NCBI GenBank assembly: GCA_045837725.1
Contig: JBEWZL010000132.1
Span: forward strand, 62,001 to 126,000
Length of the DNA stretch: 64,000 nt
Direction: 5' to 3'
Origin: Vermamoeba vermiformis
Lineage: Eukaryota
Position 1 is the first letter of the stretch, and the number at the start of each line of letters is the position of its first letter. Positions 39,983 to 53,800 of this stretch are shown one piece after another. The position numbers and the translations under genes were made by a program. The notes below the pieces were generated by a model. That model was not told where the DNA came from. It did no database searches and worked only from the letters and a program-made list of their open reading frames with translations.

Positions 39983-42856
39983 ATGGCGACTGGTGCAAGC
40001 TCACTCGAGAAAAGTTGCGTGGATTTGCGTGCTTGGAGACAGTATCTTCAGAACGAGCTAATTAGTTTGTTAGACAAAGTAAATATTTTCATTAATATTT
40101 TTCCTAATAGATTTTAATAATTATATGACTATTTAAGCTGCCGGGCAGAAAATGTTTGATCTTGGACGAAAAAATCGTTGGATTATTGTCTTTAGTCGTT
40201 CCAATTAGTGTCCTTCGGGTATGTTAATATAGTTCATTATTAATAATTATTAAAAATAAAATCAACGATAAACTTGCGGTCTGAAACTAGATCCAATAAA
40301 ACGAAAATCGGGATCAGCTTAGGTTAGGTTTACTAATAATATTCTCTCAGCAATATGGCGTTGAAGCTATCCACAAATTCAGTTCAGAACCGAGTCAAGT
40401 GGATCCAGGCCTCAATATTGTATTTATTTTGCGGCCTAGCATCGAATACATGAACTTGCTCGTGCAACAAATGAAACTTGATTTGCAGCAGAAAATTCAA
40501 GGTAATTATAGGAATTATTATCATTATAATGTATATTTGCTTTAACGGCAGTTGCGCATTAGTTTCTCAAATTAATTTTGGTACGCGATCCAACTTTCAT
40601 CTCTCCCCTTATTTAAATAGACTGTATGTATATGCACTAATTTAATATAATATATGTAGATCGCGCGTTTAGTGTGCTATTCGTACCGCGCAGATCCGTG
40701 TTGAGCGAGGGAGTCCTAGAAGACGCGGGAGTGTGGGGCAGTATCCTTTGATATTCAAGACTATAGTGCTCTTAATACGATAATATATATGCTTCTTAAT
40801 ATAGCAATACAGACGTAGATATTATGGACTTTAATATGGGCTTGGTTCCGATCGATTCAGATCTGCTCTCATTCGAAATGCAAAACTTCGTCAGAGATTG
40901 TTATTTGGTGCGTATTAATACTATATTATAGTACTTTGGATCACATATTAATAGTGTACTATTATAGGAGAAGGATTATTCACCGTTATACGAAGTCGCT
41001 AATAATTTGTTCACGTGGCAAAAGAAATACGGTCCGTTCACTGAAATCAAAGGCAAAGGGGACGCTGCAAAGGTAAATTTAAGATCGATATAATATAGTC
41101 ATACCACTGTATCAGTGTAGTCATTAAGTGTTAACTAAGCTTGTGGATCCGACGTTATCATTGCACTAATGCAAAATTTTCCTTTTTAGGAATTGATCAA
41201 CATGCTTCAAGCACAACACACTCAACATGCTGCGGAATATCCACGCGAGACACAAGTGAGCAAGTTGTTAGTGATTGATAGAAGCGTGGACTGGGTCACA
41301 CCAATGCTGTTTCCACTCACTTACGAATCTCTTATCGATGAGGTCTTCGGCATCAAAGGAGGTACGCATCATATATATCAATGCTATAGTATTCAATATA
41401 CTCTACGATGAATTAATGCGGATCTAGATCTGATATTTTTAATTAGGCTTTGTGGATCTCGATTCGAGTTTAGTGCCTTCAAAAGACAAGCCTACGGACA
41501 ATAATAATAACGCTGAGCAACAGCAACAACAGACTGAGAAAAAAATGATAAAAAAGCCGTTGAATTCCGACGATGTGTTGTACCAGCAGATCAGACACCG
41601 ACATATTAAAGCTGCGGGGCCTTATTTGCACGAGCAGGCTAAGAATTTTGCGCAATTAAAGGTATGCTAGTTAAGCTAAGTCTATATAAGCTCACTATAC
41701 TAATGTATCTTAGACGGTAAATGCTGGCAGCTCGATCGCAGAACTGAAACAAATGACCGAGCAATTGCGAGTATTAGAGCCGCAACGACTATCACTATCA
41801 TTACGTATCCTTAATATAACGACTGAATCTATTAGATTTTTATTCCTTTTTAGTATCAGCGAATCCTTAACTAAAGTTTATTTAGATTCAAATATTGCCG
41901 CGCAGCTGATCAAGGTCGTTAGCAGCGATGATTTCCATCGTATAATAGAATTCCAACAAAGTAAGATCCATCAAATACGTTCAAATAACAAATTTTGGGT
42001 GGATCTAATTGACAATTAAAATTTAGATTCTTACGTTGGAGTTAATACGAATCAAGATGTAGCATACTTGGAAGAGTGTATATATAAGAAAGAACCGATT
42101 TCGAAGGTCTTAAGGCTGTTTATCGTTGTTCATTTGACCGTGGGACTCAATCCAAAACAATACGAGTTTATCAAAAATGAAATCTATCAGGTAAGATACG
42201 GAAATTAAGCTGTCCGAGCGATATACTAACGATATATAGACCTATGGATACCATCACCTATTGACTTTCATGAATTTTGAGCAAGTTGGATTGTTGCGCA
42301 GTGCGGAATCCAAATCCAGCTTTAATTGGCTGGCGAAGAAATGGAGGCTAATGGTCGAAGACGTGGATGAAGTCAATCCCAATGATAGTTCCTTCGCCTT
42401 TTCTGGGTAATTAATCCAAACGATTTGTTTAGGGATGCGATCGACTCACCTTTATAAACTTTTAGACAGGCGTCGATAAGCATGCGGTTGATAGAACAGG
42501 AAATTAAGAGTCTTAACGATCCTAGTAAAGAATCTGGATGGTCAGCAGCCAAGTTCCAAGAGATAATCGCTAAATTGCCTGGAGCCACATCCAGCTTTGT
42601 GCCCAGTTTAGGTAATTTAGTGATAAACAGCTTGGCCTCCGAGATTTATTATTAAAATGCTCCACGGATAGGCCCGATCGCTACGTCGCAAGCACCTACA
42701 AAGATAATGGTGCTATTTTTGGGCGGATGCACCCAGGTAGAAATTGCAATGTTGCGCTACTTGGGCTCGGTGTATAAGGTCCAGTTCGTGATCCTTACTA
42801 CGCGCCTTATCAACGGCAATACATTGCTTCAAGAGCTCATCGAAACCTTCCACTAA
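39983..42856 (+). CDS. VPS33: Vps33 (Sec1/Munc18 family), multi-exon
   Basis: PGRKCLILDEK, VPIDSDLLSFEM, IKGKGDAAK, IDRSVDWVTPMLFPLTYESLIDEVFGI, LNSDDVLYQQIR, LFLGGCTQVEIAMLR, LTTRLING. Confidence 0.9.
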
Positions 42857-43337
42857 CAACGCGGCTACAACGAAAACTTGACCGATCAGATCAAACCGGA
42901 GGAAAGGTACTCTTGCGCCTTCCTCATCTTGTACTGCAACTACGGATTGTATATGGGTGCGTTAACGTGCGACTATTGTGCTTTGATACTTAGTTTAGCA
43001 GTGAATTCAACATAAACCGATCAACCCGAGGAAATCTCGAACGACGTGCAATTTGCGCAATAAATATCTTTCCATCAATAGGTTTGGCGTTGTATAGTGA
43101 TTGAGGCGTACAAAAGCTTAGATTTACTGAATAGAGTTCACACAATAAATTTTAATTGCGCTGCTTGATTCACGAAATGTTTTCTCGTAATGTACTGAAG
43201 ATTTTATTCAGTAAGGGTAATATTACAACAAAGTACACTATCTACATGCTTATCTACACGAGGTAAAGTTTTTAAAAGGCTTGGAAAGAGTTTGACCGGG
43301 AGGTGACGTAGCTCGATGCGTTAGATGAGTCAGCGGG

Positions 43338-43769
43338 CTAGTAATCCTCGTCAGCAGTGTGAATGGGAGTTTGGCGGAGGAATCTCTGTATAAAATATAA
43401 TTAGAAATTGCAATCGATGCATTAAACAATGGAAAACTTTACCTCTTCGTATTTACGAATCTCCTGCTCTTCGTCGTCTTGGTCGAGGAGGTAGTCGTCT
43501 TCGTCTTTAGGAGTGCCCCAGTTAAACTTGCCATGACCGCCTATTCATAGTAAAGAAAATATCAGAGAAGCTATTTTCGGAAATTGATCGAACGAAGAGT
43601 TTGAACTACTATCAGCATTCTTTGATATTCTGATAGGAAAACTGGCGTTCACACTGTACATACCTTTCTTAGGCGAGAAGGATTGCTTCAAAGTCATGCC
43701 GTTCGCGGGATGCCTTTCTTGACGGGCAAAAGGATCTTTCTTGTGGCTGATCTTGATGGGAGAAGACAT
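43338..43769 (-). CDS. Small STF2/Tma10/HABP4-like protein, 3 exons
   Basis: Spliced product contains SPKK|GGHGKFNWGTPKDE followed by an acidic tail. Confidence 0.6.
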
Positions 43770-43950
43770 TGGTTGGGTAGGAAAAGGTACGGAGGTGTGG
43801 AGGGTATTTACAGAGGCTAGGGGAATTAAAGTTTATGTGTTATGTGTTATGTGAGGTTTTTTCGGCCGAGAAAATTTCGGCCAGGGCGGGGCCCATCGCC
43901 CTGATTGGCGAGTTCAGCTAAGCTGGGGTCCCGTCCTGATTATGTAGTAT

Positions 43951-46900
43951 TTATTTATATCTTGTTTTAGCCAATATTTCTCGGTCTATCGTTTTCTTCA
44001 GCTCGTCGAAGAAAGTCTTGCATCTGTATCTGTAGATTTTGCGGAAGAATTTTATCTGGGTATGTATTAGTTTAGTACTTAGTTCTATTAAATTTTCTTC
44101 ATCTTCTATAAATTGTTTGAGGTAATTATACGTGTATTTTGGAAGGAAACCGGAAACTCCGGCAATATTATTTATTTCTTCTTTTTCAAATTCTGCCGCG
44201 TCTCTAAAGTTTCTATTCTTTATTCTATACCATCTGCATGGGTCTCCTGGGGGTATTTTATATTTTTCGAGGATGCCGTCTATTTCGTGGTCGAGCTTTC
44301 TTCTAATTGGTTCGTACTCTCTGCACGCTGCGATTATATGTTTGGTATCTTCTGGTTTTTTGCAATGTACGCATTGGTTATTCGTGTATATTGTTTTGAG
44401 TCGGAGATTCTCTCGGTCTGTCCCTTCTTTCCTGATCTTGCGCATCATCTCTACCTTGCCGTTCAGTTGTTTATTCCTTAGTTTGAAAATGAAGTTTACA
44501 TCGTTGTTGGTAAAGTCCTTGTTATGCAGGTAGCTGGTTTTATGCGCTGCTGCTCGGAGTTTTCTGACGTCTTTAAGTTTAACAGTCTCGTGGTGTCTTC
44601 GTTGTTCTTCTAGTTTGATTAGGTTGCTTAGTTTATCCGTTTGTATTGTGTCATCAATTGTAAATATGTATTTTCTGGCGAGTCTTGGCACTACACCAAT
44701 TCTCATTAATTTGAGGCTTTGTTTGGCTAGTTGATCTGCCGCTTCGTTGCCTACGATTATTCTCGAGTAGTTGTCTCCGTATTTATCTTGTAGGGTCTTG
44801 AGTTTTTCTTTGAGTTCTTTTAGCTTTTTGGGGTCTTTTTGTAGTTTATTCATTTTATCGCCGATATGGCTAGGTACGTGTTCGTAGCTTACTCTAATTT
44901 TCTTTTCCGCGATCGTTGCCTTTATCCTGTTGATTACAGCTTCGTATTTTGGTGGTGGTCTTTTCTTTTTATTCGTTAGTACGTGTATCGCGCTCGTGCA
45001 ATCTGTAAAGATTCTGAGGTCTTGGCGTTGATGTGTGTTGATAGCATATTCTATAGCTTCTAGTTCCGACTCGAACGAGTCTTGTATATCGTTGGTTCTG
45101 CGGGCTGTGTTGAGTTTTGAGTTGCGCGTAAAGAAAACACCGAATCCCGCTTTATTTTGTTCTTTGTCCCATGAGCCATCTGTCCATACCCACGTCTCTC
45201 CATCAATCGTTATAAGGTCTTCTTCAGTGGTTTCGGCGTTTATTCTGGTTCTGCTGCGCTCCTCGGCTAGTTCTTTGTCAATGATTTCGTTCTTGATTTG
45301 GCCGTTATCTGTGATTATTCTCCTGACTGCTAGGTATTCTTTATTCGTTAATGGGCTACTGCTGGTTAGGTTTAGATGGAAGCGCGATTTAATTAGTTTG
45401 GTTTGAGTGGAAATATCTCTGGTGTATTTGATATTCATGTTTCGTAGTTTATCTCGCAGCGGTAACGAGTTAATACTTTGTAATAAGGGGCTGCCGTTTT
45501 CATTGATAGTGATTCCGACCTTAAATCGGTGGCAGCATTTAATTGCATTTATTATAATGTTGTCGTTGGGGTTAATGTTTTGTATTTTGGTTTTCGGTGA
45601 CTCTAGTTTATTGATGTTATCGATATCAACTGCCTTCATTCTGTATTCCAGGATGTCGGATAATATATCATTTCTGTTGAGACCTCTTTCGAATATGAAG
45701 TCTGCGAATGTTCTGTAGTTGAGGTCTTCTACGTTGGGGACGTTCAATCCACCTTCGTCTCTACTTATTGAGAATTGTGCATTGTTGAGGTTTTGTCGTA
45801 TCGGAATCGACCTCTTGAGGCACGTGAATATGCTATCTGATATTTTGTTGAGCGTTTTAGTTGGAAATATTATGTTATGAAATGGGTATTGTATTATTGG
45901 CAGTATTACTCGTGTTATCAGTTCGGCTTTGCAGTTCACCGATAGGTTTTTTGTTCGAATTATGGCTAGTTTATTTAAGAATTTCTTTTGGAAGTGCTCA
46001 AAGGTTTGCGTTAGGTCACCTTCGATATTCATAGGTATGCCGAGGTATTTGTAGTTCTCGTTCGCTTTCAGTGTTTTGATGTTTTTATTGTAGAATTTAA
46101 TCTCTTTTCCTGTCGTTTCATTCGCTGTGAAGGCTGACTTATCGTGGTTAACGAGTATGTTGTAGTACGTCGAGAATTTTTCCAGATCCGCACTCATTTC
46201 TGTTAGCTCTTTGAATGATTGTGCAATTAGTGCAATGTCGTCGGCGTATGCGAGGGTGGGTATTCGTATTGGTTTTTCAACATTGAGTACGTATCCGTCG
46301 TACTTGTTTTCGATATGTTTTAGAATTGGATTAATAAATATTATGAATAGTAGTGGTGAGAGTCCGTCTCCTTGTTTTACTCCTTTTTTGATATCGATCG
46401 GTGCAGACAGCTCTCCGTTTACAATTACCGCTGCGGTATTATCAGTGTACATGTTAATTATTAATTCGATAAAGTTATGGTCCACTTTATAGTATTCCAT
46501 AACCTGTTTAAGTCCCCAATGTTCTACGCTGTCGTAGGCTTTACTAAAATCGATATATTCTAGGTGTAGCTTTTTGGTTGTTTTATTGTCTTCGATGATA
46601 TTTTGTAGTATTGAAATTTGTCTTGCCGTGCTCATATTGCTTCGAAACCCTGCTTGGAATTGCGAAAGTAATTTATTTGTTTCGAAGTACTCTTCGAGGC
46701 GGTCTTTTATAATACTGCTGAAGATTTTATATTCTACCTGGAGTAGGCTAATCGGTCTGTAGTTGCCCGGGTCTCCTTGGTCGCCTCCTTTGTGGATTAA
46801 TGAGATCAGCGATTCTTTCCATTTGGTTGGGATCTGTTTTTGTATTAATATAGCGTTGAATATCTTTTTGTACTCTTTCAGTACGTCTTTTGAGCAGTGT

Positions 46901-48041
46901 TTAAGTATGTCGATCGGTATTTTATCGCTACCTGGTGTTTTATGGTTTGCCATTTTAGCGATTGTCTCTCGAATTTCTCGCAGTGATATCTTACGCATTA
47001 GGTCAAGGTTATATTCGATGTGAATGTCTTTTTCGAGCCATACAGGAGTATCGGTTCTTGGGGGGGTAGACGACGTGAGTGTTGCTTCCCAAAATGAGCG
47101 CACTTGGTTGCGGATGCCTTCTTTGTCTGTTATTGTTACGTTGTTTTGTTTGATGAATGGGATTGTCTTGTTGCTTGTTAGAGTTTCGAAGATTAGTCCG
47201 ATATATGTTTTGAAATTTGTGTCTCGTAGGCTAAGTCGTCGTTCAACTCTTGAATTGATATCATTTGTTTTCATTTGTTTTATCCTCTTATTATATTTTT
47301 TAACCTCTTCGCGTTTTCTTTCTTTGATTTCCTCTGCAGACGCATTCGTGTTGATGTTGCATTTCCCGAGTATCTTTTTTAGTTTCTTTTCTCTCGATGG
47401 CGATGCTAGCATATATATTTTGTGTTTAAGTCGGAGAGCTTTCAGTATTTGATGTATATTTCGTTTGATGTTGTTTAGTTCTGCATCTTGTTTGTACGGT
47501 TCTCGTTTGTTGTTAGATTTGAACTTTTGGAATATTAATTCGTGCCATTCGTTAAGTTTTTCGTTTATTCTGGACATTGGTTCGGTGCCTGTCAAGTGGA
47601 ATCCGCTGCTTTCGTAGAGGGTTTGTAGCTTATTTGGCGTTGATTTTTTATCAAGGTTGTGGGTATCGATTTTTTCTCTCAGTTCTTGGCTTGTCGCGCT
47701 ATCTTTGACTGTTGTAAAGCTGTATTCGAGTATGATTGCGCGGTGATCGGAATGTATTCTGTCTTGTTTCCATATATCGCAGTTGATAATACGTCCTTTT
47801 TTGTTGGTAATGAAATAGTCTATCCTGGATCGTGTTCGATAGATCTCTGGTGACGTTTCGTCTTTGTTTTCTCTTTCGAACGTGAATCCTTTCCGTAATG
47901 GGTAACAATATCGGAAGCAATCGGCGAGAGCGCGTATATCAAAGTTGTTCGTTACCGTTTCGCAGTGGTTTGCATGTTTAGAGGTTTTATTGAATTTCGG
48001 ATCTGATTTTTTAAGGCGGATATTTAGGTCGCCTCCTATTA
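43951..48041 (-). CDS. Retrotransposon polyprotein, 3' part: C-half of APE endonuclease, RT, RNase H, CCHC
   Basis: GGDLN, SRIDY, SDH; KTPGSD, YRPISLL, DFSKAYDSV, GVKQGDGLSP, YADD (46237-46248), YKYLG; TDGS/ELEA/FTDC/HVPSH/GNEAADQLAK; CVHC..H..C; frame open from 48041 to stop. Confidence 0.95.
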
Positions 48042-48117
48042 GGGACGAACTTTTAATGGTTTGAAAAATATCCCATGTTCAAGATGTAAGGTGTACACCT
48101 TACACTACCAAAATAAA
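48042..48117 (+). repeat. Left TIR of MULE-like element
   Basis: GGGACGAACTTTTAATGGTTTGAAAAATATCCC...TGTAAGGTGTACACCTTACAC matches the reverse complement of 54440-54517. Confidence 0.88.
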
Positions 48118-48124
48118 GTATCAT

Positions 48125-50783
48125 TTATTTCAATTGATTTTTTTGATTTCGCTTTGCCACTTGATATACAATCTTTTTCACATATCCCTTGGTATATTTT
48201 TCATCAAAAATGTAATGTTGCAACCAGTACAACAATCCTTGGGATATTCCTTGTCTTTCCTCAGACAGTTTCTTTAAGCCTTCAATACACAGCAGCACAT
48301 CTTCTTCTTTCACCTTTGGGTAGTTTGCCTTGCGGGAGGTAAAATGGGAAAGCTTTAAGTCTTGGAATGTCTTAAATGTTAGCAACTGGGCAAGAGATGT
48401 TCTGGAGTTTAACTGAAAGGGGGTGGTCAATTTCAGGGACAGAAGCAGTTGAAGTTTCAGGTGAGAGTGCTGTTCTGCTTGATTACGCATTTCATTGCTA
48501 TTCAATGGAATTAGAATTGTAACAATGTGATTGGTAGGTACCTGTAGTTATAAAGGAATTGCAAATGGGTTACAACAGCAACCAGAAGTTCAAAAGAGCA
48601 AGAACCACTGTAAAAGGGAGATGATTTCTTCAAGTATTTGTGCCAGTTTTCATTAACTGAAGTGCCCTTTGAATATTCTTTCAATGAAGCTGAATTGAGT
48701 ACAGCATCAAGGTAGCCCGCAGTAGGGTTTAAAAAGTTATTCACTGCCCCAAGTACTTTGGAGGTAATTATTGAAGGATAATTAGCAGCTGTTATAGTGT
48801 CTGAACCACTATTGCAATGTTAGTGTATAGTGTACACCTTACATATTTGACTAACCTTAAAGTGGCTGCTAGATTCTCAATAAATAATTGCATCTGTTCA
48901 TCTCTATCTTGGTGAGCTTTACTGTATTTCTCAAGCCAGACATTCAGCATAGTAGATAACTTTGCACTGTTTGGGTCAGCTGAATTACAGAGCTGTGCGA
49001 AAATGCCACTGAGTTCTTGCTTTGCTGAATAATAGTCTGTACATATTAGATAACATAGTAAGAATTGTATAAGCATACCAGGATGATTGTGTGCCATTAC
49101 GGAGTCAATTCGATGTATTACATGCCAAATATCTTGACAGGTCTTTGGCATAGTTTTGGCAGAGAAAGAGTTTAACCAAGCTGCTTTAACAAAGTTTTGA
49201 TCTGTTGATATCAAAATTTAGGTAAAGTATTAATTTATGAAATGTTCATACCTTTTCTGCTGTCATCAGTAAACACATGTGTGGTTGTGGGTTTGCTGTG
49301 GAGACTCCAAATATCATCAAACTCGTCTTCCATATATTTGCGCTCATCTGATGGAACTAATTTGCACACAAGCACTTGTCCTCTTTCATTGAGAATCGAA
49401 AGCAAAGAAGCCTTAATCTGTATCTGGAGTATAGGTTACACCATACACCGCGGAATTTCTTTAATGAACCTACTCTTTTTTTGTTCATTGTATCCATTGC
49501 TGAGAGAGCTGATGCAATCTTGTATGTATGATCAACTCGGAGCACTGTACCACTCTTTGCAATGATTTCATTATTGTAGTGATTGAAAAACTCTTTTTGC
49601 TTGCTGTACTTGAAAAGGTACAGAGCCTCCAGCATTTGACTATTGATAATGTACTTCTGTTCCAAAGCATCGACAATCACATCCACATCAGTTTCAGCAA
49701 AGACCTGTGTCAGAAACCCCTGCAATTCATTTAAATATTATTAGTGTATAGTGTACACCCTACGCTACATCTCGTTCTGGTACTGTTTCTTACCATTCGT
49801 ATCTTGTGAGACAGGTTTGATATCCAAGTGCCTACAATAGTCTTTGCCAATGCAGAGAAGTTAAAGGAGTGGGATGGAATTGTCATAAAGATATAATCCA
49901 GAAATTTGGTAGTAACAATTGTTCTTTCAAAAGACACCACTTGCGGAGTAATGCTATAGTCTTTGAGATCTGACTGAAGTAAAGAAAATATAATGTAGCT
50001 GTGTGTGCTGCATTGATACTTTTGGAAAGCCAATATAAAAGGACTTTCAGTATCAAAGCACCTTTCTCTGGTATCTTTTCCATAAAGCACAATATGACAT
50101 ACGTCTTTACCCTGAATAAAGTTAGAATTGAAAGTAATATGTTTCATTAGTACCTTATGGGATGGGCATTTGGTAGGCAAGTAGGTCAGCATATTGACTG
50201 GTTGATTTGCCCTCCACAGTTTCAGGTGCTCAACAGGCAAAACCGACTCCACCGTTGCTGCAAAGTGCGAAGAAGATGTAGCATAATGTTTTTCAGGGTA
50301 TTCGGCACTGTTGTGGATAGAGAGCTCTGCCAATTGTGAAACAACGTCTTCGGTGTAAGGAGTACCCTCTACATCATCGGCCGATTCTACATTTTTCTTA
50401 ATTTTTGGGGCTTTTAACTGTTTCTTGACTGGACTAATGACAATGTTGTGTGTTTTAAGCTTCTTCTTTTGTGCTCGCTCTGCTAAGAATGTTTGGTCCT
50501 GCTGCAGAGTTCTGCGTTGTGGCAGTGGATTCACATCTGAGTAAATTGTAAAACCATAATATTATTAGCAAAACAAATACATACCTTGTAAATGCATTTT
50601 AGTGGCTTGATGCTGCAGCAATTCTTTTTTGGAATTTTTTTGGATGTTGCAGATGCATCCTGTTCGGTAATTCCAAAGTCGGCAAACATAGGTTTTCCGA
50701 TGGTTGCCAGATTTACCAAGCACAATATATTGGTAGCTGGTGTACCCCGGTTCCTTGTTTTGTTCGACAATAAGTTGTTCCAT
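48125..50783 (-). CDS. MULE-like DDE transposase, multi-exon, N-terminal zinc-finger-like segment
   Basis: LRVDHTYKIA (D1), VFTDD (D2), QDIWHVIHRI (DxxH), GTSVNENWH (E); the exon joins I checked are in frame via GT-AG introns. Confidence 0.8.
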
Positions 50784-50814
50784 CTGATTTTATCGTTTTT
50801 ACACGAGCACAACA

Positions 50815-53800
50815 ATGCAAACGCGACTGCGTGCAAGAGCAACAAACCAAAACAAAAACAATAACAATAATTCCCTTTCCAAAAAAAGGGCACGAGACGA
50901 GAGTGAGATTGAGCAGATCGAGATCGCTAGCGAACAAGCCACTAGCAACAAACGGCAGAAAACAACAAAATCAAGTAAGTAATAATTTTGGTTGTAATTT
51001 TTTAATGCGGGTTTAAATAACGGTTTATTTTTTTGATTTTTCTCCCGCGCAAATTAATTTCTTTTTGTTGATTAAAAAACGGTCTGATCCAGAACACAGC
51101 AAGCACAGCAAACAGTGCTTCCCAAGTGGCTGAACGCGCTCCCCAAAACCCCGATATTGCAGGCGAACCCGGTAAGTGTAAATCTGATCACGTTAATTTT
51201 TAATACCCGAATCTAGGCAACACAGCTAACTCAACGCGCACCAACACTACAAATAGGGGTGCACAAGAACGCGAACGCGTTCCCCACGACCGCGATACTG
51301 CTGGCGAACCCGGTAAGTGTAAATCTGATCAGATTGAATTTTTTCTAACCGAATCTGGTCAACACAGCTAACTCAACGCGCAGTGACACTACGAATAGTG
51401 TTACACAACACCGCGAACGCGTTCCTGAAGACAGTGCTGGTGCAGGCGAACCCGGTAAGAGTAAATCTGATCAACTTAATTTTTATTGACTGAATCTGGT
51501 CAATACAGCTAACTTAACGCACAGCAACACTACAAATAGTGCTGCACAAGACCGCGAACACGTTCTGGAAGACCGCGATAGTGCTGGCGAACCCGGTAAG
51601 TGTAAATCTGATCGGATTGAATTTTTTCTAAGCGAATCTGGTCAACACAGCTTACTTAACGCGCACCAACAGTACAAATAGGGGTGCACAAGAACGCGAA
51701 CGCGTTCCCCACGACCGCGATACTGCTGGCGAACCCGGTAAGTGTAAATCTGATCAGATTGAGTTTTTCCTGACCTGAATCCAGCAACCACCACTGGTGT
51801 AAACACTGCTGCTGCTGGTATTATCGCCGCCAGCGAGTATACGCATGGGAGCAATGCTAGCCAGTGCATAAATCAGCCAGGTAAGACGTTTTTTTACTGT
51901 TTAAAAGTTCGTAGCTGATGTCACTAACCGATCGCGAATCCAGTTTCGACCGAACCAATGCCCACAAATGGTAGCAGTAGTCTATCAGATACTAATACGC
52001 GTGCTCCCGACAATTGCTATGGTGGTAGCGAAGCAGGTAAGTGTAAATCTGATCAACCTAATTTTTAATTAACCGAATCTGGTCAACACAGCTAACTCTA
52101 CGCCCAGTAACAGTACGAACACTGTTGTACAACAACGCGAACGCATTCCCGAAGACCGTGATAGTGCTGGCAAAGCAGGTAAGTCTAAATCTGATCAGCT
52201 TAATTTTTTGTAACCTGAATCTAGGCAACACTACCAATTCAATGTCCTCAAACATTGCGAATAGTGTTGCACAAGGCCGCGAACGCATTGCTGAAGACCG
52301 CGACATTGCTGGCAAAGCAGGTAAGTGCAAATCAGATCAGCTTAATTTTTTCTAACCTGAATCTAGGCAACACTGCCAACCCAATGCCCCCAAACACTAC
52401 GAATAGTGTTGTGCAAGACCGCGAACGCGTTCCTGAAGACCGCGATGGTGCTGGCACACCAGGTAAGCCAAAAGTTACTTGTAAAATACTTTGATCTAAC
52501 GTCAAATCCAGGCACAGCTGACACCAGTGCTTCCCAAGTGCACGAACTCATCCCCAATGCCCGCAATAATGATGCTATTGACAATGAACAAGCTCGTGAC
52601 ATTAGACAGCCCACTAGTAAGCCCAATGAGCAAGGTAAGTTGAACTGCCGATCTATGGACAACTTTTGAAATGTATCATTGACAATTATACGATTACAGT
52701 TAATACCGCGGCAGTACAGAACAACACCAACGAGCACACAGATCGTCAACAGGGGGTAGCAATAGCAGGTAAGTTTTTGTGTAAGGTGTACACTGTACAC
52801 CAATGCTGATTGGCTTGCAGGGGCAGCACCGGACTCTCTTGCTGCAAACTACAGTGACAGACCACGTAGAAACCGAACACTTAGACGTGGTGTGTGAAGG
52901 CAAAAACGTTGTATTACAGGATACTAATTCTTTTTCCCTGTTACATAGCTGTAGACACTGCTAGTGACGAGTCCTCAGAATCCAGCTCTAACAGCAATGT
53001 ACAGCAGGTAATTGAAGTTGGCGAAGATAATGAACAAGGGGACTTGCTAAAAGGTAATTCGTATCGGTAACCGGTGTACTCCTTACACCCTTTTATTTAG
53101 TTGTTGGGCAAACAAAAGAAAGCAGCGCAGATCAGTATGCTGCTGTTGATAATATTGTTGCTGTAAACAAAAACGATATTGTGGCAGTGTTGGGAGAAGA
53201 CAACGAAATTTGGTTTGCGAAAGTTGTCAAAGCCCCAAGAGCCAAGAACAACTTGGCAAAACTTACTGTTTCTTGGTATCAGTGTGAAGCACGGACGAGT
53301 TCGAACGCACTGTTAATCTCTCCAGAACAAAACCAGTCCAGCATAGAATTGGGGGCTATTTTGGATAAAGTTGCTTTCACAAAAATGCCTGGCAAGCAAC
53401 TTTGCATTGACAATTCAGAGTATCAGCGTGTTCAAGTTATTGGTACGTAATCAATTCCCTTCTAGCACTTGACCAATTACTGACCTTAATCTCAATACAG
53501 CAACAAAAATTACTGAGCAGCCAGACTCATCTGCAAAAACAAAACAAAGCCCGAAAAAGACTTCGAAAAAGAACAAGAACAAGGCAAAAAAGAAGAAGAG
53601 CAAAAAGAAAAACGCAAAAACATCCGCTGCATCGTAAGTGTACAGTGTACCCTTTACACCAATGTGTAACTTACTTTACACAGAGCTGCAATTGTTGAAG
53701 AAGATAGTGAGCCTGGCGCCAACATGCAAAACAACGCCAATGTTTCTAAAGTGCCACAAACTGCAGATGTTGATATGGGTGAGGTTGGTCCTGATGATGC

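Noticed and set aside
44113-47853. Plus-strand ORFs over the RT region
   Set aside because: Antisense shadows, Ser/Leu/Phe-rich due to base composition
51093-52510. CRISPR-like array
   Set aside because: The apparent spacers are homologous to each other; the units are exon-intron tandem duplicates in a eukaryotic gene and no cas genes are present
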